A stretch of 64,000 nt of DNA from Lingula anatina (lineage: Eukaryota; Animalia; Brachiopoda): NCBI GenBank assembly GCA_051362555.1, contig CM120646.1, positions 18,290,001 to 18,354,000 on the forward strand, read 5' to 3'. Of the stretch, positions 39,160-52,016 are shown one piece after another (the stretch's first letter is position 1; every line of letters starts with the position of its first letter). The notes under the pieces were generated by a model, which was not told the origin of the DNA, did no database searches, and was given only the letters and a program-made list of their open reading frames with translations. The position numbers were made by a program, and so were the translations under genes.

Positions 39160-39399
39160 CTTTTCTTTGTCTAAAATTCAAGGTAACAGGCTGCTGTTAT
39201 CCCTCTGAGCAAATAGACTCAAATTCCTTGCAATATAATTGTAGGAATCCAGTTCAAGTACAACGGCCCTTCCTTTATTTTTCTCCAAATCTCTGATTTG
39301 TTTAAAATGAATTTTTCTAGAAGCAAATGCTCTTTAAGAGTCTGTTCTCTATGCAGTATTTCTTTTCAATAAGTGGCTGAAATCTCTGATCTTCAATAC
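39160..39399 (-). other. candidate non-coding exon (240 nt)
   Basis: Minus-strand acceptor tccatttttcattgcag|GTAT and consensus donor GAAAAG|gtgagt; stop codons in all three frames. Confidence 0.55.
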
Positions 39400-40857
39400 C
39401 TGCAATGAAAAATGGATACGTGTTACAGAATACCTGGGATTTTTAAATGAATTTAAAGGAAGCACGATATCATGAATTTCCCTATATACAAGTACTATAT
39501 GCCCAGGCATGGAAGAACATGCACAGCATTACCTACATGTTTCAACACATAGGCATATGTAAACACCTGTACTGTTCAAAGTTGCTAAATTGTCAGAACA
39601 AAAACAAATATCCCCCCCCCCCCAAAAAAAAAAAAAAAATTAAACCTTACTTTTGCCCCCAAACTGAAAAATGCAGCAATTTTAAAATTACCCAAATCTC
39701 ATGTCTTAACTTTTATCTTCTACAGATTTAAGCGCCCAAAACAATGGGAATTGTCACTGAAAAATGTCTAGAATACGTGTAACTATGTGGAGTTGGCAAC
39801 ACTACTTCAGATAAGCGAGCAGGACATCTAGCTGAATATAAAACCAGTCTGCCTTGATGGCACGGACATCAATATGGACTGTGCATGCATATCTTTGCTA
39901 GGTTGCCAACTTACTATTGCCTTTGCATCAGCGCCAAAATGCAGCATGTGCACCTATGTCTGTGTGTACCTTTTCATCTATGCATTCAATAAAACAGGTG
40001 GCAATATTAATTGTATATATATCTCATGCTTATATATCTCTATCTTTACCTCTGTATCTGCACCAAAAACATATGCACCATTACCCCTATCTGTCTGTCT
40101 GCAACAAGGGTTTGAGCCAGTTCTATCATGTGAGCACGAAAAGCCGTCTGTTCATATTTATGCTGGATTCTTCATACACACTGGCACGCACTGCCGCAAG
40201 CCGTAATAAACACTGGTCTCACTCTCACCTGTTCACCCCTGATTACAGGTAAACATACTAATATGCTCCTGTCATGTAGACACCATTTTACAGTAAGACA
40301 TGAGACGCATCAATGCTAGATTAAGCATGGGTGTGATGTTATTCCAGACAGGTATCAGAGATTACCTTGGCCAACTGGGATTACATAAGCATGACAATTT
40401 CAGTCAGGTCTGAGAATTCCTGTGACTGTTAAAAAAAATCAATACTGATATTGAAAACCAGTAACATTGATCATTATCTGCAAAAGATTGCTGAGAATTT
40501 GCAGTATCTTCCATAGGTTTTATACTTACACAATTTTTTTAATATCCAAAATTGCAGCCATAACCAAAATGGCTGCAAGAAGTGATTTATTCAGATTATT
40601 ATTGCAATCTCTATTCTGGCAGTATTGCCAAGTTGGCAAAAACCATAGGCTTAAGCTAAGAAGTGGCTTATATGCTACATGTGCTGTTATAATTCTTATG
40701 ATCATGACAGCATGTTGACGATGATGAAGACATCCTTTTTCTCAAACTTTCTGGACAATAAGTCATGTTCAGATTGATCTTAATAGAATATGAGTATTAA
40801 TTTGAGATAGCTGAGGCTGGAGTGCTCTTCTCCTCCGTAGCCTCTTCAAAACAAGTC

Positions 40858-40859
<2 letters not shown>

Positions 40860-40906
<47 letters not shown>
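40860..40906. repeat. (GA)n microsatellite
   Basis: Direct reading. Confidence 0.98.
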
Positions 40907-40912
<6 letters not shown>

Positions 40913-41096
40913 TCCTGATGGTAGGCCAAAGACACACTTGCCACCAATAGCCTGGTGATATCCTATCATCACATATCTTACATCTTCATCAAGATAAAAC
41001 TGCACGAAGATAATAAGGTTATATGTACTAAGAGAGGGTTGTAGCTGTCATGAAAGAGTCCATTTCTTATCTGAAAAAAGATGACAAAGTGCTTAC

Positions 41097-41173
41097 CTGG
41101 ATGTCTGGAGGTGTTGCAAGGAAAAAGGAACACAAATTATATACAATGACTGCTCAACAGCCCATAAAATATC
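41097..41173 (-). other. candidate small exon (77 nt)
   Basis: Donor TCCAG|gtaagc; moderate acceptor catatttttgacag|GAT; one frame open but no recognisable peptide. Confidence 0.25.
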
Positions 41174-42543
41174 CTGTCAAAAATATGACTGTTCAGCGAT
41201 AATATCACACCTCTCTAATCTATCTGTCTCCAGTCTGGCTATAAATCTTGTGTTCCCGGCCACTATGTACAGTGCACAGTAAACTTTTATACTTGTATTC
41301 CATAATCCACTGCTTATAAAGTTCTGACAAATATCCAAAATCACCCTGATAAAAAGTACTCAAAAGTCAGCTTTTAATTAGTGTTGATTTTATCTTCATT
41401 TCCATGTGCTGAAGTTTTTGTATATATTTGACATATTATTTGATGTTTTGGTAATGAAAATTGATTCTTGAAATAATTAAATCATATTTCTTTAAATAAA
41501 GACTAAATGATCGGAGATCATGATCAAGCCTTTGGCTTTTTCAACCTAAGCTATACTGTATATTTTTATCATACCTGTTATAATAGCCAATCCTTTATCA
41601 TACACAAAAGACAACAATTTATTCTGTATGAATCCAGCATTTTTAAGAAAAGAATAATTTTTTTTCACTTATTGAAAGTGGAAACAACCTATGACAAAGC
41701 ACAAAAGAATTCAAAAGCAAATCAACTCCAGGAGCAACTCAGGAACTATCACCAGGGAAAAACCTCACTTTCACTGTCCTCAACTAAACCTTCATTGCCA
41801 AAAAATGTAAACCAACCAGGCTTTCCCACAAACTGTTTTTTCTAGGACACAAGATCCAAGCTAGTTTCTTGTTTGACGCAAGTCTTGCAATGTTGTGATC
41901 ACTGGAAGCAAGACCCTCCTGCTGGTCTGAGTTCCATCAAAGGAGGAGACCCGGAATAAGGCATGACACAAACATGGTAGAAGTCTGTCCATCCTGACCC
42001 TGTGTGTCTCCTCAAGCATACCCACATGTACAAACTGATATTTGTCACAGGTCTTCAATAGATGTATTGCTAAAAAGCATGTACCCGTAGATTCTTAATT
42101 CCTGTGTGGTTGTTCTTAAAATTTAACAATACACTTTCAGAAAACACTATAATAGGCATTATTATTTTGTTAGCATAAATATACCCAGATATATATATAT
42201 ATTCCTTATTTTTCCTTTTTTTTCATTGGTTGGTGAAATATATCATAAATTGCATTACCTTACTGTGAGAACTGGTTATGCCACACAATGCTTTTCTTGC
42301 TTGTATGTTCCCTACTACAAATGACCACTGTACTTATAGGCCTTTCTTCTATACCATAATACCTCCAAAAATCTCCTGACTCAAATAATCAAATTTCCGT
42401 CTTATATGACCATCTGTGAGTAAGCACCAAAAATATGTAATTCATCATAAACGAATCAAGAGTATCCTATATTTCCTTTACTGCTCACCTCTTCAAAGAA
42501 AATGTGAACTTTTCACATGACTTATCTAGCATTTTCAAAGTAA

Positions 42544-42804
42544 GAGTGTGTTCACAACTAAAGTATTGCACTAGGTACATGCAGATCGTTCCAACTCCGC
42601 ATGGACTCTTGCTGAAAGCAATCAGATTAAAGATTAACACGCCTCCTCCTGGCATTGAGTAGAATACAGAAAAGCTGGCGATTGTACGAGTACACTGAAA
42701 ACAAGAGGAGGTGTGCTTTACAGTTAATCTGATTGCATTCGGTGAGAGTTCCTGTGAAGTTGGTTTGAACTACCTAGGACAATCAATTCAGTGTGAACAT
42801 GCCA
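42544..42804 (+). mobile_element. fold-back MITE, Harbinger-like family B
   Basis: TGTTCACA/TGTGAACA ends flanked by TAA and TAG; inner arms CTAGGTA/TACCTAG, GCAATCAGATTAA/TTAATCTGATTGC, CAC(G/A)CCTCCTC/GAGGAGGTGTG. Confidence 0.8.
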
Positions 42805-43928
42805 TAGGTCTTAACAGTATTCCCTGTTCTGTTTAAAGACCTGGTTGTGGCCAGCCATCCATGCCTTGAAACACTACTGCCATGCTCAAAGTTAGGCTAT
42901 GATTAAAAAAACTGGAAATTCAAGAACAATTTAAAGAAACCCTTGTTTGATCTTTTTGGCTGCCATGACAGTTCACACTGGGGGAACATCTTTGAAGTAT
43001 CTGGGAAGATGCTCACCTCAGGTGAGTGAGTAATGAGGCCATGTTACAGATGTTAGGGCCATGTGACTCTTCAATTTCCCTCCTTATTTCAAAACAGAAA
43101 GGACTATTTTGTGGACAAAGAGTTACGCAATTTTTTTTCGTTATACAGGAGTGCCAATTCTAAAGATATTTAACATGTTATAAAAGTTATTCTTAATAAA
43201 CACCTCAAAAATGGGAATTCATAGTGAAGATGTGATAAATATGTGTAAACGTGGAGTTTGGGACCTCTGCCATTTACAGCAGCATGCTGATAGAGCAAGG
43301 CTAATTTTCAGTAATATCATGAAGCTAAAAAGGTCATGAGGTACATTACCCCCCCCCCCCCCCCCCAATCTTTCCACTCAGTATAGTCTGTGTTACCTTA
43401 ATTGTTAATTAATTATGGCAGTTGGCACACAGGAGTATTTTATCATACATCATTCAGTATATGTGTTCAGTTGATATAAAAAAATTCCTCCTCTTTGAAG
43501 CCATGGGAAGCTGTGCTGGAGATATGATCTCACACGCAATCTAGAACACTGTTCCCTTCGAAACCAGGAGGTAACAAATTTGATTGCCAACTTGTGAAAT
43601 TCTCCACCTCCTGGCTAAATGGCAACCTCTGAGCAAGATTTTTAGCAGGATGACTCATTATATTCACAAACTTTAAAAGAGAAAGAAATTTTAAGAAATT
43701 CTTTTTCAAGTAAAAATCTGTTTCTATTTTGATCAAAGTTCGAAATCACCTTGTGGTAACATGAACATGGCCAGCATCAACCTATATCAACCTACTGTAA
43801 ATATTATACAAATGGTTTTTAATTATTTCTTTTATTTTACTTTCATGTTTAGAGCAGCAGCTTTGAAGAAAAATCTGATGCTGCACTTTAATTTTAATCA
43901 CAATCCAACTAAGGCACTTGACTTTTAA

Positions 43929-44959
43929 CCCTCAAGTGACCGAGTGGGGTCATTTACGACCCCAGCCATATGATTTAATGTGCCATCTCTTTATTTTTTA
44001 TTCGAATTTTCTTTCCTTGCATGAGTTTGTCAGTCTACTAATCCTACACACTTTCACAGTTTTTTGTAGGGATCAACCAATTAGTGTGGCGCATACAGCA
44101 CAAACTCTTGTGGGGTCATTTATGACCCCAAAGAGAAGCATTGGTTTTTAAATATTAGTTTTTAAATTTAATTCAAATGTTTTGCCCATGCAACTGACAG
44201 GAAAATGCCACATGCATGTACTTCATGCAACCAGCCAGTGTGCCCAAAGCATAGGCACAAATAAGTGGTTTGTAAAGATTGCCCTTGAAGTGTTCCTAAT
44301 AGTGCATCGCTGAATCTAATTTCAGTAGCTTTGTTGGAACTTGTTCTCATAACTGGGTCTCTCATTTTGACGGTTACAATTTTCGGGTATTTCGGAAATC
44401 AAAAGAATTCTGTCGATATCATTTTATACATATATTAACAAAGTGTTTGTGTGGATTTTGTTATATACACAGATGTGGTAGTAACATACATGTAGGTTGA
44501 TTGAATGTGTTCTGAGAAGTATGCCTTCCTTACCGGCATTAGGGTATTCCCTACTCAGCAAATCAGCTAATTATTCTTATTGAAGTCAGCAGGATGCTAT
44601 CTCAACATAAGTCAAAATATTTTTACTCAAAGCAATTTTGTAATGTACTTTTTTCATTTAGTGTGGCAAATAAAAAGAAAGGTTTCTGCAAGTGGAAATT
44701 GACAAGGACTGTCTAAATACCGGTGTAATGTTGTTCTTAAAATCTGTGCTTGGTTATTTCATGCAATAAAAGTATTATTACCAAATACTTTTTTACATTA
44801 GATCATTATAAAATACTTGTCTTAAATCCTGGGAGTAGTATAGGTGTGATAAACCCTCAACAGCCTTTTATAATAAGGATCCCTGTATAGAACACAATGG
44901 GGTCATAGATGACCCCACTTGGTCATTTCCGTCAGTAAAATAGCTTGGTCTCTTGAGGG
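43929..44959 (+). mobile_element. piggyBac internal-deletion derivative (1031 bp)
   Basis: TTAA TSD at 43925-28 and 44960-63; TIR CCCTCAAGTGACCGAG versus CCCTCAAGAGACCAAG (14/16); palindromic subterminal TGGGGTCAT-N4-GACCCCA at ~43945, ~44111, ~44898; transposase remnant inside. Confidence 0.92.
44178..44288 (+). pseudogene. piggyBac transposase C-terminal cysteine-rich domain remnant
   Basis: Hand translation CFAHATDRKMPHACTSCNQPVCPKHRHK*VVCKDCP*; C..RK..CxxC...VCxxH...CxxC spacing matches the piggyBac CRD; one internal stop; not in the ORF track. Confidence 0.8.
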
Positions 44960-47900
44960 TTAAATCAAGCTATAAAAACATTCATGTTCCCCTCTCCTCC
45001 AATTTAATCCTTGCCTATCGTGTGGTGGGCAAATAAATTTGATAAGTATTCAGATAAATATCACCAAGACCACAGCCAGTGACCATATCAAATGTCCAGT
45101 TGTCCAGAGAGTGATGGTCACTCCCCCTAATTGTCCACTCCTATCTGCTGGCGACAGGGAGACTGACCACAAGGTAACGGTGACTGTCTCTGGTCACTCA
45201 TGCTCATGTCACCAGGACATCATGTATGTCCATCTTGGACTTAAACACATAAAACTTTCAGTACTTTTGGTTCAAAATCTAGCTGAAAACATACAGCAAT
45301 TGCATTGGTTAGTAGCCCTTCAGACAGTCTCATAAATTTAATGTTCAACCAGTAAAATTTTGACAAGTCAACAGTTTTTATTCAGAAAAAATTAACTGAT
45401 GAGGAGCTGCTGTACTTGGACGTAACCATGGAGTAAAGATAATAACATAAACACAGCCCCCATACATATACGCCCTCACCTGGGGATGCTTTTACACCTT
45501 ATTAATCATACTTGTCTCGCAAACTTCAAATCGTTTAAAGAAGACAGTAATTTAGTTTTGTCGTGGGTATGTGATTGGTCATTTATAACTTGCGAGGTGA
45601 CATTTAGTGACAGAGACTGTCACTAGGTTTACCTGTGTGTCCATATATGTTGGCCATATCAAAACCTGAAACTTTGTTTTCTTTTTCTTGCTAAATATTC
45701 ATGCATCGAAGCATCTTTTCTCAATAAAGCGTGATACAAGTATCAAAAACCTGAAAAACTCGTTTTTCAGAGGCATAAGGATTTCTTTTCTTTCTAGGCA
45801 ATATGTCATGTATCATTTTCACATTAAATGTGACAATTTTCTATAATTAATAACCACCATCCCATGAGGTATGATTAAAATATCCTCAACCCATCAGATA
45901 CAAGTTTACCTTTCAGTTAATAAATATCTCAGTTCCCTCCTCAGTATTTCACTAAGCAAGTCCATCTCAGGCTACTTTTCTTCTTCTCTAGCCTTTGTTT
46001 CCGATGATGCTTCAGGAAAGATTTCTAATCTAGACAAGTGCTAACAAGTTACATACACTACAGACCTCCCTCTCCATCCATCACAGATGCTGTCCCAAGG
46101 CAAATACAGAGAGTATTCTCAATTCTCAGCCTACCTGTATCACTAAAAAAAAAACTCCTCCAGTCTGGCTGTCCGGTTAAGGTTCATTTCCCTGTGGCAT
46201 TCAAACCACTCTGACTGTCATGTGCTACTGTTGAAATCCAAGCAGGCAAAACTAATGAGAAAGGATGACAGACAAATAATTCCCCACCTGTTGTCATTTT
46301 GCTGTCACTGATAAGGCAGTTGGGATGTCACTTGGATGGGTGGATTTGGGTTCTGTTTCTTGGCCCAGGTTTCACAAACACACACACAAAAAAAGGAAAC
46401 TTAAAAGCAAACGTTGGTCCTCAATCTAAGGATGAAAATTTTGATATCTTTCATTCAGGAACATTATATGTGTCACTAAAGGTAAAACTACTACTTATCT
46501 TAAACATTAGCCGTTTGTTATACTCAGTTACACTTTTTAGTAATTTTTTTTCCAAGTCTGACTGATCAGCGAGTACAAGGTACACCAGTAGTGAGGATGA
46601 TGGTGTGTGTGTGTGTGCGTGCATAAGTGTGTGTGTGTGTGCAAATAAATGCATGCACGTGATTGTGCATGCATACAGACATGCATGTTTGTGATTATGT
46701 ATGAATTGAGGGGATAGGGGTTAGCTTCCATTCTTGATTGTATGCCACCATCATACAAGAAACTTAAGCTGGCAATGGAGGACATTTATGGAAAACAGGC
46801 CTCGTGTTTTTTTTTTCTTCAATATCTGTATTTTTCACATATCTAATAATCTTCCTTTCTCCCACCCTTTTGCAAGAAACTTTTAAAATAAACAGTTTAA
46901 CAAGCAATCCTAAGTAGTTAGATTATGTTGTTAGGCCAGTAATGGTTTCTTTCCATCCTTTTTTTATGCTGAATTTTCTAGACATTTTGTACCCCTACAT
47001 TAGTTTTGTGCCACACAGGCAGTAAATAGACCTTTAATTTAAAAAAGAGCTCCACTCTGCACCTAAGATGACATATCCTATGGCACAGATTACATCTTTA
47101 ATCAAGGTTTTTTGTTGATTGTATCTACTGCTATTTACGTAAGAAATACATTAAGGAGGTAGAGTGTTGCAGAGGTAGTGTGCTAACTGCAGCATACTAG
47201 TATATGAAGAAGATTGGGGTTCAAATCTTAGGCCAATGACTATATATTTTTTCTTTAACTGTCTTGAACTAACTTATCTTTCTTTTTGTTGTATTGCACT
47301 TTTCAATTTAAAATAGCTTTTTTTAAAAAAGCATACTGTATATACTTTCATAACCTTCTAGGTTTATGAAATGTGAATCAAGATCAAACAGATAAATAAG
47401 AATTATCACAAAAACAACCGGCTTGATTAAAGGGGGGGGGGGGCAGCCTGTCCCTGTTAGCTTCAAGTGAGCCCAAAACCGACACAGTGTAAATGGTGCA
47501 AAAAAAAGAAGCATACATGTCATTTTACACCATATCAAAAAGTTAAAAATACACAAAATTACAAAAAGGGAAACATAATAAAAAACCTGCTTTTTATATT
47601 TTTTTTCAGGCTCTGATATTCCAGTCCAGGGCTATCAGCTCCCCATTTAATGATGTAACATCATCTCCCTGTGGTCTGGCTTCCCACAAAGGCACGGCGG
47701 GGAGGAAGGCGCGTTTTGCTGATGAACGCAGGCATATGTTCTTTTCTACTGCTCTAAAGATGCAGCTAGAGTTTCTTCAATTATACTATTGGGTTCTGTG
47801 TGGGCATTTATTGAATTTCAGCCTTTTTTTTAACAGCAAATCTTTTTTTTTTTTCTAGTGGTGATTGCAGGCATGGTATGTCCTGTCAAAATGGCAGGCC

Positions 47901-48099
47901 ATGCTAACTTCACTAAAATCAGTGCTATGAAATATATAGCAAAGTGTTGTTGTCAAGCAGCAAAAATATCTGTCAAGAAAAAAAATGTCAACACCATCAT
48001 GCATTCACAAAGGCTTCAATTCTTCACATTTTGCATTTTCCCCCGCCCCTCTCCATGGTCTTTGTCTCTATCCATCTTCTCTGTTTTCGTTCCTTCTCT

Positions 48100-48242
48100 C
48101 CTTCTGTTGTCTTTGAGTAGAAAAACTGGTCATTATACCAGTGCATTGGAAACAAGAGAATCATGTTAATCTAATTGCATTCAGTGAGAGTCCCCATGGA
48201 GTTACTTTGACCTTGTATGATAGTGTTATTGGGAATACACCC
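48100..48242 (+). mobile_element. right half of a family B Harbinger-like MITE
   Basis: TTGAGTAGAAAAACTGG..GAAACAAGAG..GTTAATCTAATTGCATTCAGTGAGAGT aligns with 42654-42750; ends GGGAATACACCC|TTA. Confidence 0.7.
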
Positions 48243-49799
48243 TTAGATTAATTCTAAACCTGAGTCAGTCAGTTTACTGCCAAATGAAGTCTTTCAAAAA
48301 ATATCAGAAAACTAAACTCTTATTGAACACCATGTCAAACCAGGAAGCCTGCACGCTCAGCCCTGTCAGAGAGCACCCTTTGTTCCTGCTTCATTTAGTG
48401 TCAAGTCTATTAACCCTGGCGCTCACCTGAGAAATAAACAGAGCCTTAACAGAGTTACAGCACTCCTAAGGTGTCCACACCTACCTTACTACAACCTGCT
48501 GTCTTTCATCTATTCTTAATCATATTTTTTCTAACCAGGTAACAGTTTCCTTTGTCTCTTTTTTCTTTGCTGCAGGAGTCCAATTTACTATTATTGCATG
48601 ACTGTCATAATGTTTCAGACCACCTGTCAAAACTATTATTCAGCCACTGGCCTAGAGTTCATAACTAAAAACAAAGGGACCTCAAATGACTTCAAAGAAA
48701 CCACATTATCTACACTCATCTCATCCTGATTTTCTTACTGATAAGGAATACTTATAATCTTTTCAGAGGAATCACCCCCTTACCTCCCACTCCACCACTC
48801 CACCCCCTCACTGCCACTAAGAAGCCATAGCACCTGTACATCATGTGGGTCCAATATTTGTGAAACACTTCCATTCCACCTACCCTACTCTCACCAATCA
48901 GCAATTTACATGAAGCTAGGTGACTTAGAAAAACCTCATCTTTCATCCATTTTCCCCCTTTTCTTCTCCCCCCCCCTCCCAAAATATGTGCATAGTCATT
49001 ACATACATAATTTTAGTTGGATTTGCCAAAAACCTTTTCACAATAATAATAAAAAACAATGCAATAATTAACAATTTTACAATTTAACACAAATGCAAGT
49101 ATACATTATCTGCAACCCACAAATACCATTTGGAAACCACATAACATCCCAGCCACCCCCCTCAAACCTTCCCCCATAGCTTCAACACAGTGATAAATGA
49201 GCCCCTCTTGTCCCCATGTTGTGCAGAATCAAATAACAATGAAAAGATAGTTGGTCATCAATCTACATCTGACATTTTGACAGTGACGTGCCACCTTGAA
49301 CAAAACTTTTTCTGTTAAGTTGGAAAATTGGTTCTTAAAACAGAATAGTGCTGGTTCTGATGAATAAGTCAGGAATAGAGCATCTTTGATTTACTTCATC
49401 GTTTTTTAAAGTCACTGATGACAAAGGAGGGTTTGTTGGCAATGTTGTCGTTGAAAATTAACAGCAAAGTGGCTAGCTTAAAGTTACAGTTAATTAATCT
49501 ATTTACCTGCTTAAAAAATTTTGGAGTGACCATGGGAAACTTGCCAGAAAACACTTTTTTAAACAGAAAAGCAAATAATTAAATAAACAACTCATATGTA
49601 AAAAATAAACATACTAGCCTGTGAACAAACAAATAACATGCAGCTAACACAGACATTTGAATTATGAATGAACAAACAAACCAACAAATATGCTACTAGT
49701 ACATAAGCTAGTCAGTTAACACGTAAAAAGCAAATAACCATCAATATTCATAGAGATGATTACTCTTTTTGGTATATTTTCTCATTTTGAAGATATCTC

Positions 49800-49940
49800 T
49801 GGCCTGCAGCCATCAATTTCAAAAGGAGGGAACCTTTTTTAACCAAACTGGCATAGGCCCTAGATCAAATTTTCATTCAGGGGGAACTTTCCCCAGCCAG
49901 CCAAAAGTGCAATTCATTTGAACTCTCCACCTCTCCAAAT
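49800..49940 (+). mobile_element. decayed MITE, family C copy 4
   Basis: GGCCTGCAGCC..TTTCAAAAG..GCATAGGCCCTAGATCAAATTTTCATTCAG similar to the other family C copies. Confidence 0.45.
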
Positions 49941-51594
49941 CCCCCCTGCCTCCATCTTCTTTCTTAAATGCACAAAATAAGGAAATTCTGCCTCATACAT
50001 TTTTCATGAATGAAAAAAGTCAAGTTAGTACACCTCTCTTACAATCAATGGTGCCACCCATTATGTCTTAGGTAACATTTAAGGATAGGTGGACATTTAA
50101 AACGACTTACCTGTTCCTGACATAACCAATGATTCTGTTTTTAATTAAGATTATAGCACGCAGGCAAGCGGTTAATAGGTGAAGGACTTAAGGAGCATTT
50201 AGCACTTCAGGCCAAGAAAGATAAGACAAGGAGACATAGGCCCACAGGGCTTAATTAATTTCAGTCACTTACCTAAGGTATTCCCCCTTTCAAGTAAATG
50301 ACTATTTACTGATGCAGATGTGGCATTTCCTTTCTTCATTAGCACCTGTTACTTTTTGCTAATTTTCATTCTTTGTTTGATTTATCAAGTGAGGTCATTT
50401 AAGTTCTTTATTTACAATTTATCTATGTATTTAAAAAGAAATAAATTTTGTGTTCAAAGCAGATCACTGTTACTATCAACAATAGCATCTTTACTACACA
50501 TTTTAAAAATATTGCATCAACACTTTTTAAAGTGAACACTTTTTTTTAAATATCAAAAACTGTGTAAGGTGGCCATTTATAATTTTCAGATGACTGTCTT
50601 ATAAGATGAAACATCGTTTTCAATACCAGACATCTCTTTATACCAACAAACTAAACCTTTACAGAGAATCATTCACCCCACACATGGCATTTTTGGTTGA
50701 ATAAGCAGGTGAAGTCAGTCCCGGGGAGTAGTCTACTCATTATATGCTCAATTGACTTTCCAATTGAAAATCATATTGGCCTCTTGTAACTCCCTTCTGT
50801 CAATTATCTTAGTCAATCAGGTAGAATTGTTTTAAAACACTAAATCATCTTTTAAAGTGTCAGCATTACAACGTGTGGTGTCTTAAATCCTTTTAGATCT
50901 CACCTCAACCTACACTTCTCCACCCTAAGTTTTTAAATTGAAAATCATGATGTAATTACCTTATGATCTCTGGGCCGTAAATCACCATCTAGAAGCCCTT
51001 GAAGTTGTAAATCTATATCAAGACCGCACCTGAAACTCTACTTTGGTAAATGTCACCCAAGTTGTGCAGAGAAAGTGATGTTATTGTGTTACAGTAGAAT
51101 TAATCTAGGCCCTTTGGACAAAGGCTGAAATTAAATGGAAAATGAATAAACATGGCCATGTCTGTAACCTAGGATAGACTGGTCACTTCAAGAACTTTTA
51201 AATCCAAAAAAGGAAAAGTGACCTCTCTTGTACTAAGAAGCCCCAATGTCTCAAATAAAAAACAGTTCTTAAGTTTACCTTAATATTTCACAAACCTGTC
51301 TACATCTTCATTGCTCTTATAACCTCTTCTGAAACCATTGCTCAAATGACATAATTTTTGTTCTTTTAATAGACAAAGCTTCTTCTGGAGCCAAGTGTTA
51401 TTGCCATGGTTTTCTTTTCTTTTTCTCTTCTTTTTTTGATTTGCACATTCAGCACCAATATTTTCTGGTCCCAAAATATAAGAAGTACTTACCAGCCTGA
51501 TGAAGATATCCTCAAAGGCATGTCCACATGCTAACCTAACATATATAGTGTGTGTTTAAAGGGGTGGAGTATTTCTACACTGTAGCATTGCCAA

Positions 51595-52016
51595 AAGTGT
51601 GTTCACACAAGTCATGCAATTATGTGTTGGATTCTGAAACACAAAACTTTCCCGCTCTAACAACTTTTGCATGAGCCTTCCAACTCTTCAGGCAATAAAT
51701 ATCCTGGTCTATCAGTTTTCAGTTTGTAAAATAATTCTTGGTATTTTTTTTTTTTATCTTTAAATATGTCACATTTCTGGTAAACTTCAGCCAATTCTGA
51801 TGCTAGGTTTGACAAATACAATTCAAGATGCTATCTATTGATTACCACCCTATTTGATACCAATGCTTAACAGTAGCAGCAGAGTAAAAGTAATAACCTA
51901 GCTAAGTGCAACAACACTCAGGTGGAATACAGCTGTGCTGGTGCCAACTGGTAACTTCATACAAAGATGACATCAGAAACAGAATATTCACATAAGTGCA
52001 TCTGTGTGAACAGGAC
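51595..52016. mobile_element. old TIR element (~420 bp), Harbinger-like ends
   Basis: Left TGTTCACACAAGTCATGCAATTATGTGTTGGATTCTG versus right reverse complement TGTTCACACAGATGCACTTATGTGAATATTCTG; TSD not recognisable. Confidence 0.6.

Noticed and set aside
42082-42106. TACCCGTAGATTC resembling miR-10/100 family 5' ends
   Set aside because: No complementary arm downstream and the 3' half does not match
47160-47235. B-box-like GGTTCAAATC suggesting a tRNA or tRNA-derived SINE head
   Set aside because: No cloverleaf, poor A-box and no second copy in the window
47590-48580. Three plus-strand acceptor-like sites (~47609, ~47858, ~48575), one followed by a 17-nt micro-exon-like segment
   Set aside because: Largely explained by T-tracts; no consistent plus-strand exon chain or reading frame
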